A DNA stretch of 63,977 nucleotides, the filler included, from Octopus bimaculoides (lineage: Eukaryota): assembly GCF_001194135.2 (NCBI RefSeq). It is 5 parts of 5 records of this genome, joined end to end, with 100 filler letters (N's around TTAATTAATTAA, not from the genome) between each part and the next. Parts side by side here need not be neighbours in the genome. Positions count along the whole stretch, not along the records: positions 5,922 to 25,374 come from NC_069004.1; 4 more parts are not named here. One strand, written 5' to 3'. The notes beneath the pieces are model-generated. The model searched no databases. It was not told the DNA's origin and was given only the letters and a program-made list of their open reading frames with translations. Made by a program: the position numbers and the translations under genes. This document shows, piece by piece, positions 12,497 to 24,393 of the stretch; the first letter of the stretch is position 1, and each line of letters opens with the position of its first letter.

Positions 12497-15400
12497 NNNN
12501 NNNNNNNNNNNNNNNNNNNNNNNNNATATGCATGGATAGACAAGCTAAAACTTTCTACCCAGATAATATTGTTTCATATTTCAGTAGAACAGAATTTGAA
12601 GTAAAGGATATTTTATTTATTTATTTTCTTTTGCCACTGAAGGTTTGTAACATAGTTGGTGGACAGAGATGTATAAAGAAGCTCACTGATATGCAAACAT
12701 CCACAATGATTAAGGTAAGTCATCTTTGTTTACTCATATACCTTTATAGAAAAGTGAATGCGTCCTCTTATCTTATCATCATCATCATTTAATGTCTGTT
12801 GTCCATGCTGGAATGAGTTTGATGGTATGACCAGGGCTGGGGTTTCTACAGCTGGATGCCCTTCCTAATGCCAACCACTCTGAGAGTGTAATGGGTGCTT
12901 TTATGTGCCACCGGCACAGGTGCCATTTGCATGACACCAGTATCTGTCACAACTACAGTTTCACTTGGCTTGACGAGTCTTCTTCTCAAGCACAACATAA
13001 TGCCAAAGGTTTCAGTCATTGCCTCCATGAGGCCCAACACTCGAAAGGAGCTTCTCAGGTGCCACCGGCACCAGTGATTTTGCCTCTGTGAGGCCCAAAG
13101 CCCTTCCAGATGCCAACCACTTCACAGTATGGACCGAATGCTTTTTACATGGCTTAGTTGTTTCCAGTGTTTGCCATTGCTGTCCCTTGACATCCATAGT
13201 CTCACCCCCAATACACTTCTTACATTTGTCCATCAGTTGATGTTGTCATGACACCCCCCCCCTCCCATCCACTTTGTTTTCTCTCCTTGTCAAAAGTCTT
13301 TGTTTATTATTTATATTTTGTCTTTTTTATTTCTGCTTTGTTCTACAGGCCACAGCCCGATCAGCCCCTGACAGAGAACGGGAGATCAATAGCTTGGTAA
13401 AGTATCTGGCAGACTTCTTCACAATTATTGCAATATTGGAATCTTTTTCTTTTCTCTTCTTTTTTTTTTTGTTTTTGTTTTGTCTTTAAATAACAGATGC
13501 AACTATTTCGTTCATTCTCTAATGATGCTTGTGGTAGCATCAAATATTTATTTGTTGTTTTTGTTTTGTTTGTTTTTTTTCCCCCACTGTAAATATTTAT
13601 CTCAGGCTGTCCAGATTGTGTAAGCAGCGCTTTGGAAATGAGAATACTTCGGTCGACAGTTGGAGTGTAGATAAAAGAGAGGAAAACCAACAAAGAATTG
13701 CTAAGGATGATGGGAATAGTGTCGGTGATAGATGTTTTATAGAGAAATGGGATGAAATGGTTGAGTCATGTGCTAAAGATAGATGAAAGGGAGTGGGTGA
13801 AATGGAAGTCGATGGAAATAAATATGGAAGGAAGTGGGAGTGCAAGAAAGACAAGAAAGGGTTGAAGAGAACAATATCTAATAGTTTACTAAAGTACTCT
13901 AGTTAGCACACACAGTGTAACCAACCATTTTATCTCATTAGATTCTACAGAGGTATCTCATGAACATTGTGTTCCATTGCAACTATATTAAAAAGCGGGG
14001 TAGATGGATAGTGTGTTTTAAAAATAAGTGAGGTGTGTGTCATGAATATAACACCTCTGGTCTCTGACTAGACAATCCTAACATAAAATAAATAATAAAA
14101 TATGTATCATTTTGGGAAGGTCCTAATGCCAATAATAAATACATGCATTGGTTCAGTTTCACTTCTCTTGTTATTTTTTGAGTCAGCTAGTTAACTAGTT
14201 AACTAATCAGTTGTTTGATTAATCATTCAGTTAATCAATCAGCTTGGTTCATCAGAGGCCTTTCATTGCCATTCATTACCCCACTAAGCTTACTATGAGA
14301 TGCTGTTTGATTAATGTAACACCTTAGAAATTATAATGGTTTGTCACGTGACTGAAATGGACTCTGATATCTCTGCTGCATCCTCACATCATTCTTCTAA
14401 CGTTTCTCCTTCTGTTTCTGCTACCCAGGTGTCTCGAGCTGATTTCTGTGGCGATCCTTATCTTTATCAATTTGGTGTCAGTGTCAGTACAAAAATGGTG
14501 GAGGTCGAAGGAAGAGTAATCGATGCTCCGAAAATTCAATATGGGGGACGGGTAAGTTAATTGGTTTTCATTGCTAAATTTACTTTTCTTTTTTTTTAGT
14601 GTTTAACTTTTTTGTTTATTGTTACACACACACACACATACATACACACGACAGGCTTCTTTCAGTTTCTGTCTATCAAATCTACTCACAAGGCTTTGGT
14701 CAATGTTACAGTCATGAATCCAACACCTTAACCACTAAGTGATACATCTCTACTTAGGAGGTAGAAAATACCCTATTGGCCTTTTTATCCTTTAGTATTC
14801 AAAGTACCCTGTCAAATGTAATACTTATTTTTATTTACATTATTTTGGATTAATCATGCAATTATTTTGTAGCTTTGAGATGTCAATGGTACAACTGTAT
14901 ATTTTTAGAATAACATTATGGGGCAGGTGTAAGAGGCCAAATCTTGATAGTTTGAGCATGGAACAGGTAGAATATTTGGGCTGGCTGTGGCCTGTTTAAA
15001 TGCTAAAGGGTTAAAGAATATATTTCAAATATCAACTTTGTGACTTTGCGATCCGTTTCTGGATTGTCTCATTTATTTTCTGTTGGTTTCAAACTAAAAT
15101 TGTTACGTGTGTTTTTGTGGCTTTCAGACTAAGGCCCTTGCAGTACCAAATCAAGGAGTGTGGGATATGCGAGGGAAACAATTCTTTATTGGAATTGAAA
15201 TCAGAGTATGGGCCATCGCTTGTTTTGCTGCTCAAAGATCTGTCCGAGAAGAATCATTAAGGTAATTTTATCGCTTGCTTGGTGATTGACCCTTTATATG
15301 TTTTGATGTGGGCCCCTACTATAACACAAACACACACACACAAACACGCTTGCTGGTGTGAACACTTAACACAGCACACTCATCCACACTCACAGATACA

Positions 15401-18400
15401 TTTTTGATTTGCATATCTACAACACACACATACACACATATTGAAGCACATATAACTGGTGCTCCATCAGTTACGGCAACCAGTGCTTCAGTTGATCCAA
15501 TCAATGGAACAGCTTGCTTGTGAAATTAATATCCAGGTGGTTGAGTACTCCACAGATATGCATACCCTTAACGTAGTTCTCAGGGAGATTCAGCATAACA
15601 CAGACTGTGACAAGACTGACCTTTTGAATTACGTGTACAACTTTTTTTTGCTAGCTGAGTGGACTGAACCAATAAAAAATAAGTTTTATTACCTGTCATT
15701 GTTACAAACGACAGGTAACAATGATGCCTTGCCTAGTCCTAGCTTATATGTCCTCTTTCTGCTGCGTCTCTTGTAGAAGTTTTACCCAGCAACTCCAGCG
15801 AATATCTAACGATGCTGGGATGCCTATCAGCGGACAACCGTGTTTTTGTAAATATGCTAACGGTCCGGATCATGTGGAACCCATGTTTCGTTATCTGAAA
15901 AACACATACCAAGGATTGCAGTTGATTGTGGTGATACTTCCCGGCAAAACCCCCGTCTATGGTAAGAACTGCTCTTATAGTTTTATCATGTAATTGATGT
16001 TGTTGTTGTTGCTGTGCAGCATTTATGTACATTTAGTTGATTCAGTTGCAGTACGTATTTATCCAAGAAGAACCATATTCTACAGCAGAAGTGTTAAGGC
16101 TGCACCCCCTGGCGAAGAGGTTATTTGACCTGCAAGAGCCCTGTACTGATGCCAGGTAAAAGGCAGTCATGTGACCAATGCTAGTGTCACATATCTGGCA
16201 CATAAAAAAGTACCCTTCAAACTTTGGGCCTCAACAGAGGCAGTGACAAGTGACCGAGACCTTTGGCGATAAACCGTGCTTGAGAGGACTTGTCAAGCCA
16301 AGTGAGATCGTAGTCGTGGCTGATGCCTGTGCTTCATAACTGGCACCCATGCCAGTGGCACTTATAAAGCACTCACTACGCTCTTGGAGTGGTTGGCATT
16401 AGGAAAGGCATCCAGCTGTAGAAACCATGGTAGATCAGATTGAAACTTGGTGCAGCTCCCTAGCTTACCAGTTTTTAGTCATACTGCCCAACCCATGCCA
16501 GCATGGAAAACGGATGTTAAATGGTGGTGGTGGTGATGATGTGGGTGTTATGAAGAAGCATTCATGCTGTACCACATAAAAACTCCCAGAATCCTCTGTA
16601 AAGTGGTTTGCATGTTAGGAAGGGCATCCAACTGTAGAAAGACCATGCCTAATCAGACTGGGGTCTGGTGCAGCTCTGGCCAGACCGTCCAACCCATGCC
16701 AGCATGGACAACAGACAGTAAATGATGACGATGACAATGATGACATCATTCCTCTGCAGCTTTGTTCAAGGTTTTGCCCATGCTGGTGGGTGAAGTTCAT
16801 GGTAGCTCAACCTGCTAGACATAGCAGCTGAAATCTACTTCCATTCATATTCCACCACCTAAGAAAAGATCACATTGGATAAAGTAGTCTAGGATCCTTT
16901 GCACATATGGGGAAAACATGGTGTGGTCATGGCTGGAGTGTCTCCGAACTAGGTCTACTCTGTCATGATTAACACCTGAGGTTAAACACCACTACCAACA
17001 ATAACAACTAGTACTATTCTATAATTCTTCCCACTAGCATAGCTAGAAGGGGGCAGTCCACCCCAGGTGGCACTTTTATGGGGGCAGCACCATTTTTGGG
17101 TCTCCTGTAAGCAATGTGTATTTTTTGTTGGGGCCCAGGGGCGGCAAATTGAAAGGTCGCTCCAGGTGTCACATACTCCAGCCGTGCTAATGATTCTTCT
17201 ATAATCTAATGAAATGTCTTGTTTGCTCTTTTTTTTTTTTTTTTAATTACACAGCGGAAGTGAAACGAGTTGGAGATATATTATTTGGTCTGGCAACCCA
17301 ATGTGTTCAGGCCAAAAACGTTACCCGCACTTCACCCCAAACATTATCCAACTTATGTCTAAAAATCAATGTAAAATTAGGTGGAATCAACAGCATTTTA
17401 CTTCCAAGTATTCGGTAAGTTAACATGATTGTTTTTTGGGTTTTGTTTTTTCTTTTTAATCTCTTTTATTTTTCACTGGTTTTGGTAAATGAACTTAAAG
17501 GGTTTACTCCCATGTTTCTCCACTGTTTCTTGCCACTGGACCCCTTTGATATCTCCGGCCCCTCATAGCCATTTCATTTTTTAACCCTTTAGCAATCACA
17601 TTATTCTGTGAAAAGCAATGCTTATTTATTCACATGTTTTGAATTAATCTTGCATTATCTCATAGCTTTGAGATTTTGATGAAGTAACTGTTAATTTTTA
17701 GAATGATATTGTAGGGTTGGTGTGAAGGGCTATACTTGACCAGTTTGAACAGTAGAATATTTGGGCTTGTTATGGGCTGTTTAATTACTAAAGGGTTAAA
17801 AACCATCCAATGACATTTTTTTAATTAATTATTAAGAATTGCATAAATTAAAAAAATTATTAAAGTCTTTCTGTATTGTAGAAATGTAACCAATTAATTG
17901 CTTTGTGGTAACTAGCTTGCTAACCAACCACATGGTTCCGAGCTCAGTTCTACTTGGACGAGTGTCTTGTACTATAGCCTCGAGCCGACCAAAGCCTTGT
18001 GAGTGGATTTGGTAGACGGAAACTGAAAGAAGCCCATCATATATGTGTCTGTGTGTGTGTTTGTCCCCCCACCATCGCTTGACAACCGATGGTGGTGTGT
18101 TTACGTCCCTGTAACTTAGTGGTTCTGCAAAAAGAGACAGATAGAATAAGTACTAGGCTTACAATGAATAAGTCCTTGGGTCGATTTGCTCGACTAAAGG
18201 CGGTGCTCCAGTATGGCCGCAGTCAAAATGACTGAAACAAATAAAAGAATATATGCTAGTGGTATTTCGTTGTTATTGTATTTTGTATGAATTTTCTTAT
18301 GATGCCCTTNNNNNNNNNNNNNNNNNNNNNNNNNNNNNNNNNNNNNNNNNNNNNNNNNNNNNNNNNNNNNNNNNNNNNNNNNNNNNNNNNNNNNNNNNNN

Positions 18401-20189
18401 NNNNNNNNNNNNNNNNNNNNNNNNNNNNNNNNNNNNNNNNNNNNNNNNNNNNNNNNNNNNNNNNNNNNNNNNNNNNNNNNNNNNNNNNNNNNNNNNNNNN
18501 NNNNNNNNNNNNNNNNNNNNNNNNNNNNNNNNNNNNNNNNNNNNNNNNNNNNNNNNNNNNNTTTATTAAAATAAAACTATTCAGAACACGGAATAACATG
18601 TAGCAAAAACAATTTGCAAACATATTTACATTCCCATAGAACAATTAAGAACATCACCATTATTATAGGGCTTTCCTATAAGTAGGTTATCTCCCTTGGC
18701 TAGGCGGCGCTCCATATAGACACTGAGAGGAGATATAAGCTTCTGCTTATTCCTGTCTGAAGTATCGTCCGATACTTCAGACTTATCGTCCGATGAATTT
18801 ACTTTGTTGACATTTTTCATCGACAGAATTTTTATACCTTTCAACCTTTAAGTCAAGTCCGCCTTTCTTCCAGTAACATACTGTCCATATAATCTTAAAT
18901 ATTTCTTTAACTCAGGCACAGTAAGTACTTCGATAGCTAAATCATCGACCTGCTTTATAACCATAAGACGTAAAACAATAACAATAGCGTGGATAGTCTG
19001 CGGAAGTTTAATTGTCTACATGGAGCGCCGCCTAGCCAAGGGGTATAACCTACTTATAGGAAAGCCCTATATTAGGCATACGCGGAAGTGTTTGTTTACG
19101 GAGGAACAAATGGAACATCAAGTTATTTGATGCTGAAAGTGACGTTGAATTAGAAGGATTTGAATAAATGTTTTTGCTTTTGTAACTGATAGTGATAAAT
19201 ATGTGAAAGGCAATTTACTTAATATTTATTTTTCACTGACGTTATTACTGTTATCTCTTTATTTTCTGCAAACAAAGTGCACAAAAAAGCTACACGTTTG
19301 CATTATGTTATATATACAATAATAATAATAAAGGACGTTACCGTATATATGTTTACAAACCAAGGACGTTATATAGACCTCCTTGACTCAAGTTAGAGAA
19401 GGGGTGCGTATTATACACAAAGTTTAGGTTTTTCAGAGGTACAGCCCTCTAAAAATCCCCTGCGTATTATACACAAGAGCAGNNNNNNNNNNNNNNNNNN
19501 NNNNNNNNNNNNNNNNNNNNNNNNNNNNNNNNNNNNNNNNNNNNNNNNNNNNNNNNNNNNNNNNNNNNNNNNNNNNNNNNNNNNNNNNNNNNNNNNNNNN
19601 NNNNNNNNNNNNNNNNNNNNNNNNNNNNNNNNNNNNNNNNNNNNNNNNNNNNNNNNNNNNNNNNNNNNNNNNNNNNNNNNNNNNNNNNNNNNNNNNNNNN
19701 NNNNNNNNNNNNNNNNNNNNNNNNNNNNNNNNNNNNNNNNNNNNNNNNNNNNNNNNNNNNNNNNNNNNNNNNNNNNNNNNNNNNNNNNNNNNNNNNNNNN
19801 NNNNNNNNNNNNNNNNNNNNNNNNNNNNNNNNNNNNNNNNNNNNNNNNNNNNNNNNNNNNNNNNNNNNNNNNNNNNNNNNNNNNNNNNNNNNNNNNNNNN
19901 NNNNNNNNNNNNNNNNNNNNNNNNNNNNNNNNNNNNNNNNNNNNNNNNNNNNNNNNNNNNNNNNNNNNNNNNNNNNNNNNNNNNNNNNNNNNNNNNNNNN
20001 NNNNNNNNNNNNNNNNNNNNNNNNNNNNNNNNNNNNNNNNNNNNNNNATAATTGTGTCTGTATTGTTACACGTGGATGGTTGGAAATATGGAAAGCATAG
20101 ATGGACATACAAAGATCTGTGTGTGTGTGTATATTTGTATTTATGTCTCTCTGCACCTGTATACTTGGACATATATGCATGTGTATAAA

Positions 20190-20231
<42 letters not shown>

Positions 20232-23200
20232 CTCTATGTATATCTCTGAATGAACTTGTCTGTACTGTTACACGCAGGTGGTTGGAAGTATGGATGGACA
20301 TCCAAGCCGATATTCAGCATCAGTCAGAGTACAACAACATCGACAGGAAATCATCAAAGAACTGTCTCACATGGTCAAGGATTTGCTGATGGAGTTTTAT
20401 AAATCTACTCTCTATAAACCTGCGCGCATCATTTTCTACCGAGATGGCGTGAGCGAGGGGCAATTCCAGCAAGTAAGTCTTCAAGCCTTACCAAATCTCT
20501 TATTTTGCTTTATGACACTTTGTAGCATTAAAGAATATTTCCCAAGCAGCTGTATTTGGATTTTTGCTGAACAGCTGGTCAAAGTTATGGTCATTCGAAA
20601 AATATTTTTCTAACACTGGTTTTTTTGGCATCAATTATGTATGGAGGTAGCGAGCTGGCAGAAATGTTAGCATGTCGGGCGTAATGCTTAGCAGTATTTC
20701 ATCTGATGCTACATTCTGAGTTCAAATTCCGCCAAGGTTAACTTTGCCTTTCATCCTTTCGGGGTCAATAAATTAAGTACCAGTGAAACACTGGGGGGGG
20801 GGGTAATCGACTGGTCTCCTTCCCACAAATTCCAGGCTTTTTGCCCTTAGTACAAAAGATTATCATTAAGAGGCAGCGAGCTGGCAGAATCGTTAGCACG
20901 CCAGGTGAAATGCTTAGCGGTATTTTATCTGTTGCTACATTCTGAGTTCAAAACAGCTTGTGTTGGTCAACCACATGCCACACAGTCAAGGTAGATGAGG
21001 ACGGGTCTCTTGGTAGAAGGACAGACAAAGGGATTGATTCGATTACATCAACCCCAGTGTGTAACTGGTACTAATTTTATCACCCCCAGCGGAATTTGAA
21101 CTCAGAACGTAGTGGCAGACAAAATACTGCTTAGCTTTTCGCCTGACGTGCTAACAATTCTGCCAGCTCGCTGNNNNNNNNNNNNNNNNNNNNNNNNNNN
21201 NNNNNNNNNNNNNTTTTTTTTTTTTTTTTTTTTTTTTTTGTAAATATTATAGGAAAAAAAGCTAACTTTTCTCCAAGTTATTAAAATTTCGAAGAGAGGT
21301 GGGGGTGGAGATAAATTTTTTTTTATTTAATGTGCTGTTGTTTATTTACTGTAGGTGCTGAGTCATGAATTGAGAGCAGTGCGTGAAGCTTGCATAAGTT
21401 TGGAGGTTAGTTACCAGCCTGGCATTACATTCATAGTCGTGCAGAAGAGGCATCACACACGGCTGTTTTGCTCAGATAAACGTGATCAAGTAAGTCTTCG
21501 AGTACAGCCAATTCAATATATGTGTCTATGTATATATATATATATATGTGTGTGTATGTACGTATATGTGTTTGTATGTATGTATATGTGTATGTATGTA
21601 TGTTTTTTTGCTCAAGTAAGTTTTTAACTGCAGACACTCAGTCCACTCTGCAGGGTGGTTGGTGAGAGGAAGGACATGTAGTCGTAAAAACCAAAACAGA
21701 CACAGTAGCGTGGTGCCACCATCTACCTGGCCGGATCCTGTCAAACCACCCAACCCATGCCAGCATGGAAGATGGAAATTAAATGATGATGATGATGATA
21801 ATGAATTGTGTGTGTGTATGTTTGGCATGTAAAATGCACCATTCAAGTGTGGCCGATGCCAGTGCCGCTTGACTGGCACGTAAAAAGCACCCACTACACA
21901 CTCGGAGTGGTTGGCATTTGGAAGGGCAGCCAGCCGTAGAAACATTGCCAAACCAGATTGCAGCCTGGTGCAGCTTCCCAGCTTACCAGTTCTTAGTTCA
22001 AACTGTCCAACCCATACCAGCATGGAAAATGGAACGAGTATTAAACAACAATGATAATGATAATGACTTGTGTGTTTATGTTTGATAGTATATATGATGT
22101 GGTCAAGTCTTCAACTATAGACAATTGTGTGTGTGTGTGTGGGAGATCTTCTCAAGAGAATCTCCAACTGTAGACAATTATGTGTCTGCATGTAATCTGA
22201 TGAAATGCATTTTCAACGATCGGCAGTTCTGTATATGGGTGCGTGTATGCATTGTATTGAAATCTTCAACTTGACAGTTGCCTGCATACATGTATGTATG
22301 TATGTATGTGTGTTTGTGCATAATCTGGTTGTGTAATTCTTCTACTACAGGCAGTTATGTGTGTCTGTTTGTTTGTGTATGTGTGTTAATCTGCTCAAGT
22401 TGATCTTCAACTGTAAATAGTTGTACATGCATGCATGTGTCTGTTCATGTGTGCATGCATGTGTGTGTGTGTGCACACATGCTTGTGTGTGTGTGTGTGT
22501 GTGTAATCTGTTCAAGTAAGTGTCCAACTATAAGCAGTGTCATTCATATGTAAACAACAGAAATTAATTATATATCAATGCATTAATGTGGAGGCACATG
22601 GCTCAGTGGTTAGAGCATCAGGCTCACAATCATGAATGTGTGTTGTGTTCTTGAGCAAGACACTTTATTTCCCGTTGCTCCAGTTCCCTCAGCTGTAGAA
22701 ATGAGTTGTGACATCACTAGTGCCAAGCTGTATCGGCCCCTTTGCCCTTCTCTTGGATAACACTGGTGGCATGGAGAGGGGAGGCTGGTATGCATGGATG
22801 ACTGCTGGTCTCCAATAAACAACCTTGCCTGGACTTTTGCCTCGGAGGGGAACTTTCTATGTGCAATCCCATGGTCATTCATGACTGAAAGGGGTCCTTA
22901 CCCTTTATCTTAACCCATTACCTACCAGTGATCTCATATGAGATCACTTAAAAATTACAAATTTCGTAATTACCTGTCAATATTTACACATATCTAACCT
23001 TTTTGCTATATCTACTCAGTATATTTCTCTGATATTCAAATGAGGTTTGCTAATTTTTCACCCAAATGTCTTCGCGACACCTAGGGCAAAGAAACTCAAT
23101 GTATACATTAATAAGCCATTAAAATAAATTACATCAGATTATTCATTTACTAAAATCAAATGAAGTCAAGTAAAAAAAAATTTATTTTTTTATTAATTTT

Positions 23201-24359
23201 TTTTTTTCAAAGTTATTATTAAAAGCATTTTCTCTTTCAGATTGGTCGAAGTGGAAATATACCGGCAGGCACTACTGTTGATTACGGAATTTGTCACCCT
23301 ACAGAATTTGATTTCTATTTATGTAGTCATGCTGGTATACAGGTTAGTACAACAACCCTTTTTTTTTCCTTTTATTTTTGGCAGGGGTACCTTGGGAAAT
23401 GAGGAGAATAATTTGTTTCTTCATCACCCTTGTTATCTGTGGGGCTTTTTTTTTATTTACACAATTTACATTTGAGGGATATTTGTCCTCATCTTGTTTG
23501 TTGTTAACACGTGTCGGTTGATATACTCTCCAGCCTACATTAGGTGTCTTGGGGAAATTTTGAACCTGGGTTCTCATTCCTAAGGTATTTTTCAGTGTTG
23601 TTGTTATTATTATTCAGGTCACTGCCTGAAATTGAACTCAGAATTTTGGGGTTAGTAGCCCTGTGCTCTTAACCACTACGCCATATGCCTGTGGGCTCTA
23701 GTTTTTAATGGGGTTTCTCTATATGTCTCCATATGCCCACGGGCATATAGCGTAGTGGTTAAGAGCACTGGCTACTAACCCCAAGATTCCGAGTTCGATT
23801 CCAGGCAGTGACCTGAATAATAATAATAATAACACAAAAAAATACCTGAATATTAAGGTTTAATTATGAAATATTTTTTAAATGCCTAAAAAATTACATG
23901 TAATCAAACAACATGCTGTGTAACTGCATGAAATACATAGCATAACCAATAAGTCCCAGTAACAGAGTGTGGTGGTTAGCATGTTAATGTCCACAATTCA
24001 AACTGTTGTAGACAAATAGGCTGACCAACATTTAGCCCTACCAACATACTCTTGTGAACATGAAACCATTTAACAAATCTTCCATACTACTATCACTATG
24101 ACATGCTTAAGTGATGCCACCCTGCTATAGCCAGGCAAGCAGGCCAACACTCCCCTCTCCCCCACTGAACAGAATGCCAATCCTTCACAGGGTGACCCTA
24201 TTTACAGCTGAGTGAACTGAGGTAATGTGAAATGAAATGGTTTGCTCAAGAACACAAGGTACAACTCGGTCCAGGAATTAAAACCACTTTCAGTTTCCGT
24301 CTACCAAATCCACTTGCAAGGCTTTGTTCAGCCTAGGGCTATATATATATGTGTGTGTG

Positions 24360-24393
<34 letters not shown>

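Noticed and set aside
13397-13430. Intron start reads VKYLADF, resembling the next exon's VSRADF
   Set aside because: The donor at 13397 matches the recalled human exon boundary, and the true exon at 14429 supplies this peptide; the resemblance is most likely coincidental
14429-14446. Asp at the position of human AGO2 phosphosite S387 (RADF), a possible phosphomimic
   Set aside because: As recalled, fly AGO1 also has RADF, so this is the general invertebrate state
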